Assembly: GCA_965222605.1 (NCBI GenBank)
Contig: OZ244960.1
Location: forward strand, 3,360,001 to 3,424,000
Source of the DNA: Candidatus Latescibacterota bacterium
GTDB lineage: Bacteria; Latescibacterota; UBA2968
DNA length: 64,000 nucleotides
Reading direction: 5' to 3'
Each line of letters begins with the position of its first letter. Within the stretch, counting starts at the first letter, position 1. A program made the translations under genes and the position numbers. Below are positions 9,261-19,876 of this stretch, one piece after another. A model generated the notes under the pieces. The model saw only the letters and a program-made list of their open reading frames with translations. It was not told where the DNA came from and ran no database searches.

Positions 9261-12200
9261 TCACGCAGATGAAATCCTATCAACCAGTCCAGGTTCAATG
9301 GAATAAGTAGTTGATATCCACTCGTCAATCTCGTGCAGACGGCAATCAGTGTGGAAGTCAATGGGATCTGGTGGCACGAAAAGTTCTCTTATGGACGTGG
9401 GTATATTCTTCTCACCGGCGTCCTGATTGATACCGCGCACCATAGAAATGAAAGAGAATAATTCTCTCAAATCAGCCCAACTGGCACCCAGCCCCGATAG
9501 AAACACGAAGTCGGCTCTTCTCGTTAGTGAAAGTATTTTTTGATAATTGAAGTTTCCAACATATTTGCCCGCATTTTTCTTAAAAACAAGCGCAGAATAT
9601 CTGTGCTGGTGCAGTAATTCTCCGATGGTGGCCAGCTTGTGTAAATGATCCGCTGAAAAGGAAGTGATGGGAGCAAGGAGATCCTTGAGTAACCAATTTG
9701 TAACGTGGAATCCATCTCCGCGTGTTAGCCAATACCAAAAACATGCGTCTCCTGCTGTGATTGCGAGAGCCGCAAATGCTTTTTCATTAGAAGGCAGAGT
9801 TACCCAGCCGCATGTTGAGGGGGCAAGGGCACTTCTATTATCGGCATGCAATACCGGCGGCGGCTTAATATATGTCGAAATGAAATTTCGCGCTGTTGTT
9901 GAGAACCCTAATTTGGTTGATGCACCATTTGTACTGTGGGATGAGATTGACTTTGAAGATCCTGACTTAATATGCAGTGCTAGCAGTTTTGCACCGAAAT
10001 AATTCGACAGGCGGGGAATGCCGAAAGTTTTGGTGGAGATGCCATTGGCCGCCTTGTTGTAGGTTACATTATCCAATAGAAAAGTCCGATAAGCAGAGCG
10101 CCATCTGAAAAGACGAGTAGAAAACGAATCACTATTCGTTGAGGAACTGATCCAGATTGTGCATCGCTGGCTCACTCCGGAAAAGAGTGCTGCCGGAATG
10201 TTATCGAATGAAGAAAACCAATGGGTCCCGCCGTTGGCTAACTGCTCCCGTAGATCAGAGAATTCAAAGCTAAAGGTCATTGAAAGAGGAACAATGAACC
10301 CACATCGTCCGCTTTGACTTATGATGTGATGTGATCGTAAGACTACGTAACCATAAATATCTGGAAATTTCAGGGACTTGGGAAACTGCACAGCATATCC
10401 CAGCGATCTACAATTGACATAAGGCGGATTTCCTATGATCACGTCGAAGCCGCCCTTGTTCATAATCCCGTAAAACTCGACAAACCAGTGGAAAGGCTGG
10501 TGGCTGTCGCGCCATTGGGTGTAAGCCTTTTCGTTGTTCACTTTGATGCCGTAATCATCGGCCAGGTATTCGTCTAATTCCTCGCGTAGGTCGTCGAGTC
10601 GTTTCTTCAGTTCCAACTTCGCGTTGGCAAATTTGTCGGCATTCATGCCGTGGGTGGTTTGCATTTCGCGGAATTGGCGGAAGGCGCGGTCGGCGATTTC
10701 TGCGCGTTCTTCAATTTGGGGAAGCGAAAATGTTTGTTTTATCAAGTCGGTGCTCAATACCTCTTGAACTTCTTCAATCGATGTGAAGCCGACGAGTGTG
10801 TTGCCAGCGCGGATGTTGAAGTCGATGTCGGGTAGTGGCTCAATCTGGTCGTAGCTTTCTAATTGTGCGACGAGTTTCAAGAATAGGCGCAGTTTGCAGA
10901 TTTCCACGGCTTCGTCCATGATGTCAACGCCGTAGAGGTTGTCGATGATGATGGATTTGAGGATGAAGTAGCGTTCGCTGGCGTGTTCAGAGACCTGTTT
11001 TATTACATTGATGAAATCGCTCAATTTATTTGGACTGTGCTGGCGTGTTGAACGTTTCAGGTCGTCGAGGAATCCCCCCATGGCTTCCAGACAGGCTGTG
11101 TATATCGGCTCCAGGATGTTGAGTGCGGCGAATAGGAATGCGCCGGAACCACATGTCGGGTCGAGTATGGAGACTTTGGCAATTGCCTTATAGAACGCGC
11201 GAATGAGTTCTGGGCCTTCACTGCCTTCGATTGCGTTCAGGGCAAATTTTTCGATGTCCAGGTTGTAGGTGATGAGGTCGTTGATGGTCGTGATTTTGCC
11301 AGCGGCGAGTTTGGCGTGGATTTCTTCGTAGCGTTGGCGTCGGGCAATGTGCTCGCGCCACGTTTCGGTTGGCAGGGCATAGTCGGGCGGTGCTGATTTG
11401 TTCCATTCACCGCGTTTTGATACATCGTTTAAGCCCGCGTCTATTTCAGGCGGTAGTTCGCGTTTCTCTGCAAGGTTCTCTTTTTCGTGAATGTCATAAG
11501 TGATGCCGTGGCGTACGGCTTCGTAAAAATACCGATCCGGGTCGTCCGATAACAATCGCCATATTCCTCCATTGGGTTTGAATGCAATGGAGCATTCCTT
11601 TTTCGCCTGGTCGAATAAGAATGGGATAATGGTGTTGCGGCTGATGTACCCGGTGATGTCCTCTTTTGTGTAATAGGCTCCCATTTGTTTCTGGTTGATG
11701 TACTTTTCGAAGATGTAGCCAAGCACATCGGGATTGATTTCGTTGTCGTTGCGAAGTGGGTGGTCGTCGAGGTGCCAATCGTAGGCGTCGAAGAAATCAA
11801 AAATTTTCTGGAATGCCTCGTCGGGTATCTGTATTTCCGGATTGTCTCGCTCCAGATCGTGTACGTCGAATAAGCCGCCGTTGAGGTACGGGACTTTGCC
11901 GAGTAAGGCCGTCAACTCGGGATCGCGGTCGGCTTCGGGCTGGCCCAATCCCTCGTGAAATAGTCTCATCAAGAATAGTCGATAGAAACTGTGGAAGTTG
12001 CCATCGCCTTGCTGCTGGCGCACCGTTTCCAAACGGTCGCGCAGATAATTGGGGTTGTCGTCGAGAAAGCCGCGTTTTTGGATGAAGTAAATGAACATCA
12101 TCCGATTCAACATCAATGAAGCGTACCATTCGCGGCCTGCAAGGTTCTGGATGCCCGTGATGAAGTCCAGAAAAGCACTGTGCTCTTTCTTGAAACGGTC

Positions 12201-12710
12201 GTAGAATTTTTTTGTGACTTTATCAACATCGAAGGCTGCACGCACCCGGCTCACAACATGGCCAATGGTAAGATCTTCTTCTTCGCCCAGTGCGACGGCT
12301 ATTTGTTCCAGCTTTTGTTTTAATAATTCGCACGATTGGTCCTGGTAATAGATATACTGACGAGACCGGTCTGTTTGTCCCGGTTCGCGTTTCATCCATT
12401 GCCAGTACAGCGCGTTGCCATCGTGGGAGACATAGATGATGATGTGTTCGCGGACGGTCTTGGTGACGGCTCTTTCTATCTTCTGGCGGGTAGGATGGTT
12501 GGGGAAGGTATCGTCGGAGTCCGCTTTGTATTGGTAGGCGACCATGCCACGTTTTTGGGCAATGGCTTCGAGAGCGTATGTATTGTCGGCGATTGAGATT
12601 TCCAGGTCCGTTCCGCCGTGGTCCCAGCCGAGTTCTTCAATGAAAAGCGTCTGGAGATCAACGTTTTTTATATGTTGTTTGACTCTGTTTCTGTCGAGAA
12701 TTATCGGCAT
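9261..12710 (-). CDS. Eco57I-like N6-adenine DNA methyltransferase with C-terminal TRD
   Basis: PYLNGGLF, GAYYT, motif I LDPTCGSGAF, motif IV IIGNPPY. Confidence 0.9.
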   Translation of the reverse strand: MPIILDRNRVKQHIKNVDLQTLFIEELGWDHGGTDLEISIADNTYALEAIAQKRGMVAYQYKADSDDTFPNHPTRQKIERAVTKTVREHIIIYVSHDGNALYWQWMKREPGQTDRSRQYIYYQDQSCELLKQKLEQIAVALGEEEDLTIGHVVSRVRAAFDVDKVTKKFYDRFKKEHSAFLDFITGIQNLAGREWYASLMLNRMMFIYFIQKRGFLDDNPNYLRDRLETVRQQQGDGNFHSFYRLFLMRLFHEGLGQPEADRDPELTALLGKVPYLNGGLFDVHDLERDNPEIQIPDEAFQKIFDFFDAYDWHLDDHPLRNDNEINPDVLGYIFEKYINQKQMGAYYTKEDITGYISRNTIIPFLFDQAKKECSIAFKPNGGIWRLLSDDPDRYFYEAVRHGITYDIHEKENLAEKRELPPEIDAGLNDVSKRGEWNKSAPPDYALPTETWREHIARRQRYEEIHAKLAAGKITTINDLITYNLDIEKFALNAIEGSEGPELIRAFYKAIAKVSILDPTCGSGAFLFAALNILEPIYTACLEAMGGFLDDLKRSTRQHSPNKLSDFINVIKQVSEHASERYFILKSIIIDNLYGVDIMDEAVEICKLRLFLKLVAQLESYDQIEPLPDIDFNIRAGNTLVGFTSIEEVQEVLSTDLIKQTFSLPQIEERAEIADRAFRQFREMQTTHGMNADKFANAKLELKKRLDDLREELDEYLADDYGIKVNNEKAYTQWRDSHQPFHWFVEFYGIMNKGGFDVIIGNPPYVNCRSLGYAVQFPKSLKFPDIYGYVVLRSHHIISQSGRCGFIVPLSMTFSFEFSDLREQLANGGTHWFSSFDNIPAALFSGVSQRCTIWISSSTNSDSFSTRLFRWRSAYRTFLLDNVTYNKAANGISTKTFGIPRLSNYFGAKLLALHIKSGSSKSISSHSTNGASTKLGFSTTARNFISTYIKPPPVLHADNRSALAPSTCGWVTLPSNEKAFAALAITAGDACFWYWLTRGDGFHVTNWLLKDLLAPITSFSADHLHKLATIGELLHQHRYSALVFKKNAGKYVGNFNYQKILSLTRRADFVFLSGLGASWADLRELFSFISMVRGINQDAGEKNIPTSIRELFVPPDPIDFHTDCRLHEIDEWISTTYSIEPGLVDRISSA

Positions 12711-12719
12711 TTTATATCC

Positions 12720-15700
12720 TCATTGTCCAATTAAGCCCATTGAGCAGATAATCTGGGGTTCCTGGCGTTCGTCTTCCTGGTGTACGATGCAAAGGCGGTC
12801 GTCATCCCTGAGGGCGATGACCAATTGTGCGAGGGTCTCATCGGCGATGCCGCTACGCAACTGACGGTTTAGCGTATCTACCGCGGCTTGACGCAGGGGA
12901 TAGCGGTAGATGTCATCTACTGCTCGATGTAGCAACTCCGTGTCGAACAGCGTGTCTTTGACGCTTTCGGCATAGTTTTTGAGCCGTTCATAAGTGCGGA
13001 ATCGGGCACTTGAGGGGCGGCCGAGTTGACCGCCGACCTGTACTTCCTCGCGGGCGATGTGTTCTGCGGCTTTGTACACCAATTCGTGGTGGGTTTCGTG
13101 GCGCGGTAGGGCGGGCGTTTCGGGTACGCAGGCCGCGGTGCGCAGGATGTCGAACTGGCTCTCGGTTACGCTATTGCCGTCGCGGTCCATCCACGCCAGG
13201 GCATCGTGCCCTTGTGCTGTACGCATATAGACCAGAGCACCTTCGGGACGCTGTGGCGTTTGTGCATAGGCCCGTGAAGAATGGACGACGGATGGCATAT
13301 CTTCGATTTTCTTTTTCAGCGACGGATCGGCCGTTGTCGCGTTTTTCCAGATCTGGTAGGCATAAGAGGAGAGATCGACGTCGGTTTCTTCTTCGCCGTC
13401 GAGGATGCCCGACTGCTCGTTGTAAAGATTGCGAACAGCGCGTTCGTCTTCGTTCTCAAAAAAGGCTTCGTCGGTTCCAACGACCTCGGCATTTTGATCG
13501 AGGCGTGTTCTAACGCGCGCCCGAAGTCGGATGAGACGTTCAACGCCATCCGCAGGGAGAAAGGAATAGCACAGGATGTTGTCCGCTCGCTGTCCGATGC
13601 GATCTACGCGCCCGGCGCGTTGAATCAGGCGGATAATCGCCCACGGGAGATCGTAATTTACGACAATGGCGCAGTCCTGAAGATTTTGTCCTTCGCTGAG
13701 TACGTCGGTGGAGATCATGACCCGCAATTCATTGTCGCTCGTAATGCGATCCTCTTTTTCGTTGCTCTTTGGGCTGAAGCGCCAGGCCTGCAATGTCGGA
13801 TTGTCCGTGTCTCCGGTTACGGCTTCCATCTGCGATACGCCGCGTGCTGCAAGCTCGTGTCCCAGATAGCGCACTGTGTCGGCGAATTGCGTAAAGACCA
13901 GAACCTTGCGGTCCGGGTGTGTGGTCATGAGCAAATCTTCCAATGCGCGGAGTTTTGTATCTTCCTCCGCTTGCCATGTCCCGAATTGAACGAGGAGGTC
14001 GCGCAGCGTTTCGGCGTCGCTCATCAGGTCTTTGCGAAGGTTTTTGATAAAATGGTGCGAGGGCACCCAGCGAAATCGCCTTCTGTATGCAGAGGCATAG
14101 AGTGTATAGACTTCAGCGGCTCGTTGGCGGAAATCTTTTTCGGTTTTCAGCACTTTTGCTTCGTTGACGTTTTCAGTCTCATCGTCGTTCTCTTCCTCAA
14201 AGATGTTGCCCGTTGTGCCTTCCACATCTTCATCATAGGAATGCGAATCGAGTAACCCAGCGTCTGCTGTCCCAATGGGGAGCGGCAGGTCATTTTCAAT
14301 GGCGTGCAGAAAAATGAAGTTCCTCAAAATGTGCCGTTCAACTGATAGCAGGAAGGCGTGACCGCTGCTCTCGAGCCGTTTGAAAAGGTTGGTTCGGCAG
14401 AAGCCCATGAGTCGCTTGCCCGCGCGCGATAAGTCGTCGAGGATTTTTTCCTCGGTTGATGTTGGCGGCGGGTTTGGCGAGGGTGTGACGTAGTTGCCGA
14501 GGCCATACCTCGGAAGTTCCAGGCCGTTTATGGCGTCAACCACGTTGTCCGCAAACAGGCGGGAATACTGGTCGCCAATGTCGAATTGGATCGTTTTGGG
14601 AACCCGGGTGGGAAAATAGGAACGACTGCCGTCTTCGAACGTCAGGTATTTCTTTTTGGTAGTCTCATCGGTGGTGGCATAGTTTTCTCGAATAAAGCTA
14701 CGGGTCCGTCGCACGAGATATAGACGCATGAGTTCCTGCCAGTCTGCCGCGTGCTCGGATTGCTCAAACGCGGCCAGCGACCGCAGAAATGCCTGGTGTT
14801 GGCGGATGAATTCTGTCTCGCCGATTTCCCGCAACCGGCGTTCTGGGCGAATCCCCAGGTCTTCGTCTTCGGGCACAAATAGGCGAAGTTGGCTGGACAG
14901 GTCCAGATACGTCTTGTTGTAGGGCGTCGCGGATAGCAGGATGCACTTGCTGTCGTTTTCTCTGATGTACTCCTGGATCGCGCGGTATCGCTTGCCTTCG
15001 CGATTTCTCAAATTGTGGCTCTCGTCAATCACTATCAGGCGGTAACGGCGCATGTCGGGTAATGTGTTGATCACGCGGGTGATTGACAATACGCGGGCGC
15101 GCATCCGATACTGATCGTGGTAATCCTCCCACATTGGAACGAGGTTCTTCGGGCATAAGATCAGCGTTTCCAGGCCGTGGACGTCCTCAAATACGCGCGC
15201 CAGAGCGGTTGCCATGAGCGTCTTGCCCAGCCCGACCACATCGCCGATGATGACGCCGCCCCGTCGGTTGAGATGGTGTGCAGCGATCTTCACAGCAGCT
15301 GCCTGAAAGTCGAGTAATTTGTTGTCGAAGTCTTTCGGTATCCGAAATTCCGTCAGGCCGGCTCGCGCTTCTTGCGACAAATGGTACGCCATTTTGATGT
15401 AGATCTGGTGGGGCGGGATCAGTTCTTCGCGCGCCCAGCTTTCCTCAATAATCTCGCTGAGTTCTTTTGAGATATCGACGCACCAGCGATCGTTCCACCT
15501 ATCTTCGAACCACGTCGCCAGCTTTTGACAGGAATCGTGATCCAATACATCGATGTTGAGTTCCCCTTGATAGGAGAGGCCCGATAGTGTGAGGTTGCTG
15601 CTTCCCAGGTATCCAACCGTGGGGCTGATCGGATCTGGTCGGAACAAGAGATAGAGCTTTGCGTGCAGCGGGTGTTTGAGGAAGAGTTTGACGACGAGTT

Positions 15701-16079
15701 TCTTTGCCTTGATCTGTGCAGCCAGTCGCCGCAAGCCCGCCTCATCCGCATTGGTCGGAGCACCCAGGATCAGTTGTTCTCGAAATTCTTCTGCCAGTCT
15801 TTTTTTTAGCCGAGATGCGGTCTGGTTGTCGAGTCGCCCCTGGTCGGTTGCAAAACTTTTGGCAATCCGCAACTCTTCATGTGGTAACTGTTGCATGCCA
15901 ACGAGAAGACGGCAACAATGACCGTCTCCACCTGCCCACTTTTCGACGTATTCGTCGATTGAACGCCAGCCCCGAAGATTGAAATAGCCAACACAGAAAT
16001 CCGCGCGTTCTGAGACTTCCATGGTCTCGGTCAATGCGGAATGAAGATGCTGTTTAATGTTGTCAAAAATTCGAGGCAT
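12720..16079 (-). CDS. PLD(HKD) nuclease-SNF2 helicase fusion (restriction subunit)
   Basis: VGYF, LHAKLY, GSSNLT; [35 protein letters not shown]. Confidence 0.9.
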   Translation of the reverse strand: MPRIFDNIKQHLHSALTETMEVSERADFCVGYFNLRGWRSIDEYVEKWAGGDGHCCRLLVGMQQLPHEELRIAKSFATDQGRLDNQTASRLKKRLAEEFREQLILGAPTNADEAGLRRLAAQIKAKKLVVKLFLKHPLHAKLYLLFRPDPISPTVGYLGSSNLTLSGLSYQGELNIDVLDHDSCQKLATWFEDRWNDRWCVDISKELSEIIEESWAREELIPPHQIYIKMAYHLSQEARAGLTEFRIPKDFDNKLLDFQAAAVKIAAHHLNRRGGVIIGDVVGLGKTLMATALARVFEDVHGLETLILCPKNLVPMWEDYHDQYRMRARVLSITRVINTLPDMRRYRLIVIDESHNLRNREGKRYRAIQEYIRENDSKCILLSATPYNKTYLDLSSQLRLFVPEDEDLGIRPERRLREIGETEFIRQHQAFLRSLAAFEQSEHAADWQELMRLYLVRRTRSFIRENYATTDETTKKKYLTFEDGSRSYFPTRVPKTIQFDIGDQYSRLFADNVVDAINGLELPRYGLGNYVTPSPNPPPTSTEEKILDDLSRAGKRLMGFCRTNLFKRLESSGHAFLLSVERHILRNFIFLHAIENDLPLPIGTADAGLLDSHSYDEDVEGTTGNIFEEENDDETENVNEAKVLKTEKDFRQRAAEVYTLYASAYRRRFRWVPSHHFIKNLRKDLMSDAETLRDLLVQFGTWQAEEDTKLRALEDLLMTTHPDRKVLVFTQFADTVRYLGHELAARGVSQMEAVTGDTDNPTLQAWRFSPKSNEKEDRITSDNELRVMISTDVLSEGQNLQDCAIVVNYDLPWAIIRLIQRAGRVDRIGQRADNILCYSFLPADGVERLIRLRARVRTRLDQNAEVVGTDEAFFENEDERAVRNLYNEQSGILDGEEETDVDLSSYAYQIWKNATTADPSLKKKIEDMPSVVHSSRAYAQTPQRPEGALVYMRTAQGHDALAWMDRDGNSVTESQFDILRTAACVPETPALPRHETHHELVYKAAEHIAREEVQVGGQLGRPSSARFRTYERLKNYAESVKDTLFDTELLHRAVDDIYRYPLRQAAVDTLNRQLRSGIADETLAQLVIALRDDDRLCIVHQEDERQEPQIICSMGLIGQ

Positions 16080-16140
16080 GTTGCGATCCAGGGTTTATAA
16101 ATAATCCTATTTGTCCGTGGTCTTTAATAACCGCCATCAG

Positions 16141-16169
16141 ATTCTATTTAAAAATCTCCTTACTGTCAA
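16141..16169 (-). promoter_or_regulatory. Sigma70 promoter driving the defence operon
   Basis: TTGACA-17 nt-TAGAAT on the minus strand, ~60 bp upstream of the helicase start. Confidence 0.7.
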
Positions 16170-16180
16170 GGACTGGGCAT

Positions 16181-16209
16181 TTGATATTGTAAAGATAAAG
16201 TCCTATCTT
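16181..16209 (+). promoter_or_regulatory. Sigma70 promoter for the amidohydrolase operon
   Basis: TTGATA-17 nt-TATCTT. Confidence 0.5.
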
Positions 16210-16328
16210 TCGCAGAGGTTCTGCACTGTTTGCCAATACAGCGCATATCGGGTTTGCGTTCCCCGATATGTTGAGTTATACTTCTGATAATGTGATTGAA
16301 TAGCATTTTGAATTCAAGGAGGTACGAG

Positions 16329-17420
16329 ATGGCGGATACACTGATGGCCGAGGTGGGTATAAAAAGGCGCGAAAAAACAGCCGTGATTGATTGCGATGTT
16401 CATGTGACTATGAAATCGGGGGATATGTGGTTTCAATATCTGGCGGAGGAATGGCACGAGTATCACCGAACCATTGGGGGCCGCGGACGCATCGGGTCGG
16501 GGTATCCCCGCGCCGTGCCAAATGCCGCGCGTCACGATGCATGGCCGCCTTCGGGACCGCCGGGATCCGATTTGGAATTTTTGCGCGCGCAATTGCTGGA
16601 TGAGTGGGATATGGATTACGGTATTTTGACGCCTTTGATCGGCGTGGGTGGGCAGCAAAATTTGCGTTATGCAGCGGCGATGGGACAGGCTGTGAATGAT
16701 TGGCAAGCCGATGCGTGGCTCGGGCCCGAACCGCGGTTGCGCGGGTCTGTGATTGTGCCTTATGAAAATGGGGAGTTGGCTGCGGCAGAAATTGACCGCA
16801 GGGGCGATGATCCGAGATTTGTGCAAGTGCTTCTCATTGTGCGGACAATGGAACCCCTGGGCAGTCGCAAGTACTGGAAGATGTATGAGGCTGCGGTGAG
16901 AAACGGGTTGCCCATTGCGATTCATTTTGGCGGCACAGGCGTAGGGCCAATTACGGGCGCGGGCAAACCCTCGCATTATATTGAGGATCACGGTGGCATG
17001 CCCACGGCATTTCAGGCTCAGGTGACGAGTTTGGTGTATGAAGGCGTGTTTGAAGAGTTTCCAGATTTGAAAGTGGTGTTGATTGAAGGGGGTTTTGCGT
17101 GGATGCCCCCATTGATGTGGCGGCTGGATAGTTGTTATGAGAAGTTGAAGGTGGAGTTGCCGTATTTGAAACGGTTGCCATCGGAGTATATCCGCGATCA
17201 TTTCTGGCTTAGTACGCAGCCTATGGACGAACCCCCACAACGCGAGTACTTTTTTGAGATGATGGATCATATGGATATGAATGATAAGTTGATGTTTGCC
17301 ACAGACTATCCTCACTGGGATTTTGACGCGCCCGATGTGGCTCTGCCTTCAGGTATGGATAAGGATGTGCGACGCAATATTCTGGCGGAAAATGCACGGG
17401 CGTTGTATCAGTTGGCGTGA
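16329..17420 (+). CDS. Amidohydrolase_2 family protein
   Basis: IDCDVH, IAIHFGG, IEGGFAW, FATDYPHWDFD; AGGAGG RBS before the ATG at 16329. Confidence 0.9.
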   Translation: MADTLMAEVGIKRREKTAVIDCDVHVTMKSGDMWFQYLAEEWHEYHRTIGGRGRIGSGYPRAVPNAARHDAWPPSGPPGSDLEFLRAQLLDEWDMDYGILTPLIGVGGQQNLRYAAAMGQAVNDWQADAWLGPEPRLRGSVIVPYENGELAAAEIDRRGDDPRFVQVLLIVRTMEPLGSRKYWKMYEAAVRNGLPIAIHFGGTGVGPITGAGKPSHYIEDHGGMPTAFQAQVTSLVYEGVFEEFPDLKVVLIEGGFAWMPPLMWRLDSCYEKLKVELPYLKRLPSEYIRDHFWLSTQPMDEPPQREYFFEMMDHMDMNDKLMFATDYPHWDFDAPDVALPSGMDKDVRRNILAENARALYQLA

Positions 17421-17436
17421 TCACAAGGAGCAAAAA

Positions 17437-17631
17437 ATGAAAATCATCAAGGCTAAAATTCTGGATGCAACACATCTGGAATTAAGCCAACCAGTTCTCG
17501 ATAACCCAGGGGGTGATATTGTGATCGCAGTTCCGGATAAAGACGAAGAGGAACGCGATTGGTTTCACCTCTCAAAAGAGCGGTTCCTGGCGGCTTACGA
17601 CGACGTGGATAAGATTTACGATGACTTATGA
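17437..17631 (+). CDS. Putative antitoxin paired with MazF
   Basis: 64-aa ORF, AAGGAG RBS, acidic C-terminus (AYDDVDKIYDDL), overlaps the toxin. Confidence 0.7.
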   Translation: MKIIKAKILDATHLELSQPVLDNPGGDIVIAVPDKDEEERDWFHLSKERFLAAYDDVDKIYDDL

Positions 17632-17944
17632 GTTCGGGGATATCGTGTTGATTAGATTTCCTCAGTCTGGAATAGATGAGCGCAAACAACGGCCTGCTCT
17701 CATTGTATTAGACATTGGTGACGCTGATGTTGTGGTGGTGCCTATAACATCTCGAGAACGTTTAGATCAAGGTGATATTAAATTGGAAAATTGGTCCGAA
17801 TGCGGATTGTTGAGAGCATCATGGGTGAGGTTGGCAAAAGTTACATGTTTGGAGAAAATCTATATCAATCGTTCTTTGGGACGAGTGACACATGATGATG
17901 AAATACAACTGAAAACATCTTGGCACACATTGTATTCATTGTAA
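17621..17944 (+). CDS. mazF: PemK/MazF-family toxin
   Basis: GDIVLIRFP...KQRPALIV...VVPITS...GLLRASWVR. Confidence 0.85.
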   Translation: MTYEFGDIVLIRFPQSGIDERKQRPALIVLDIGDADVVVVPITSRERLDQGDIKLENWSECGLLRASWVRLAKVTCLEKIYINRSLGRVTHDDEIQLKTSWHTLYSL

Positions 17945-17954
17945 ATGGGTTGTT

Positions 17955-18386
17955 ATGGCAAAACATATTATCGGAACTGTTGATGAGATCTCACCGGGCG
18001 AGCGGAAGTTGGTGACGATTGAGGGGCGAGAGATTGGGGTGTTTAATGTTCACGGCGAATTTTATGCCCTGAGGAATCGTTGTCCTCATCAGGGGGGCGC
18101 GTTGTGTAAGGGACGTGTGTCGGGTTTTGTGACCGCGAGAGTGCCCGGAGAATACGAGTACACGCGCAAGGGTGAAATTTTGCGGTGTCCATGGCATGGG
18201 TGGGAATACGATATTAAGACGGGGCAGTCGTGGGTCGATCCTTCCAGTGTGCGCGTGCGCAGCTATGAGGTGGAGGTCGCACAGATAGAAGGCGAGGGTG
18301 AAATGGCGGGACTGGTGAAGGGGCCTTATGTGGCAGAGACTTATGAGGTGACGGTGGATGAGAGGTATCTCGTTGTGGAAATATGA
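17955..18386 (+). CDS. Rieske [2Fe-2S] ferredoxin (NirD-like)
   Basis: CPHQG and CPWHGW motifs. Confidence 0.92.
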   Translation: MAKHIIGTVDEISPGERKLVTIEGREIGVFNVHGEFYALRNRCPHQGGALCKGRVSGFVTARVPGEYEYTRKGEILRCPWHGWEYDIKTGQSWVDPSSVRVRSYEVEVAQIEGEGEMAGLVKGPYVAETYEVTVDERYLVVEI

Positions 18387-18403
18387 GAGGAGTAATCTTT
18401 CCG

Positions 18404-19873
18404 ATGCGCGTGGGCATTATTTCCCTGTTGCACGAGTCGAATACGTTTATCAGCACGCCAACGACTATGGATTCTTTCCGGCGGGATGGGATTTTTACGG
18501 GTCGGGCGATGTATGAACACTATTCGGGTGGGCATCACGAGGTCAGTGGATTTTTAGAAGGATTGGAGTCGGCAGGCATAGATGCACTGCCGATTTTTCA
18601 TGCGGCTACAACGCCTTCTGGGCGCATTATTAGAGAGACTTGTGAAGAATTGATGCAGATGATGTTTGATCAGGTGGAAGCAGTGGGCGAAATGGATGGG
18701 TACCTGGTGGCGCCTCATGGGGCAAACTCAGGTGAGGGCGATGAGTATCGCGATTTGGATGGGTACTGGTTATCGCGTTTGCGCGAGGTGGTTGGGCTAG
18801 AAAAGCCGATTATTTGCACGATTGATCCGCATGCCAATTTGTCGCCGCGTATGGTTGCGGCATGCGATGCGACCATTGCCTATCGCTCGAATCCCCATCT
18901 CGATCAGAAACAACGCGGGTTGGAAGCTGCGGCGTTGATGGTGCGAACGCTGAAAGGGGAAGTGAAGCCGACGCAAGCGGGTGCTTTTCCCTCTATTGGG
19001 ATTAATATCGAGCGTCAGTTGACTTCTGCGCCACCGTGTTTGCCGATGTATGAATTGGCGGATGAGATACTAAAAGAACCGGGTGTTTTGTCGAATAGTA
19101 TTGTGCTCGGTTTTCCGTATGCCGATGTAGAGGAGATGGGGTCGGCATTTGTGGTGGTGACGGATGATATAGATCTGGCGCAAGTGCTGGCGAATCGGCT
19201 GGCGGATTATTTGTATGCACACCGCGCGGAATTTGTGGGGGAGTATATTACTGTTCCCGATGCCGTCGATATGGCTGTGGGACAGAAGGGACCTGTTTGT
19301 TTGCTCGATATGGGCGATAATGTGGGTGGGGGATCTGCTGGCGATGGTACGGAGATTTTGCACGAATTGCACAGGCGGGGGAATACTACGGGCTTTGTGT
19401 GTATTTTTGATCCGGAATCGCAGCAGCGAGCGCGAGATGCGGGGGTTGGAAATCGCATGGTGCTGGATATCGGTGGCAAGACGGATGATTTACACGGTGC
19501 ATCTTTGATAGCAGAGGTGCGGGTGCGCAGTTTGCACGCGGGGAAGTTTAGAGAATCTGAGGTGCGGCACGGCGGGCGAACTTCTTTTGATATGGGTCCC
19601 ACGGCGATTGTGGAGACGGATACCGGTGTCGCGATTAGTTTGACTTCGCGGCGCGTTGTGCCCGTGAGTCTGGGTTTGATGACGAGTTGCGATCTCGATC
19701 CTGCCGCGTTTCAGGTGGTTGTAGCCAAGGGTGTACATGCCCCTGTTGCGGCATATCAGCCGGTGTGTACGGCTTTGATTCGCGTGGATACACCCGGCGC
19801 AACAGCGGCGGATATGCGAAATTTTGAATACGAGTTTCGCCGCGAGCCGATGTATCCTTTTGAAGAGGTGTGA
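18404..19873 (+). CDS. M81 family metallopeptidase (MlrC-like)
   Basis: HESNTF, PHGA, DPHAN, PHLD, DMGDNVGGG. Confidence 0.9.
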   Translation: MRVGIISLLHESNTFISTPTTMDSFRRDGIFTGRAMYEHYSGGHHEVSGFLEGLESAGIDALPIFHAATTPSGRIIRETCEELMQMMFDQVEAVGEMDGYLVAPHGANSGEGDEYRDLDGYWLSRLREVVGLEKPIICTIDPHANLSPRMVAACDATIAYRSNPHLDQKQRGLEAAALMVRTLKGEVKPTQAGAFPSIGINIERQLTSAPPCLPMYELADEILKEPGVLSNSIVLGFPYADVEEMGSAFVVVTDDIDLAQVLANRLADYLYAHRAEFVGEYITVPDAVDMAVGQKGPVCLLDMGDNVGGGSAGDGTEILHELHRRGNTTGFVCIFDPESQQRARDAGVGNRMVLDIGGKTDDLHGASLIAEVRVRSLHAGKFRESEVRHGGRTSFDMGPTAIVETDTGVAISLTSRRVVPVSLGLMTSCDLDPAAFQVVVAKGVHAPVAAYQPVCTALIRVDTPGATAADMRNFEYEFRREPMYPFEEV

Positions 19874-19876
19874 TTT

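Noticed and set aside
9261-16079. DISARM or BREX assignment
   Set aside because: No DrmA/DrmB (DUF1998) or PglZ/BrxC genes are present; it fits a two-gene PLD-helicase plus methylase RM-like system.
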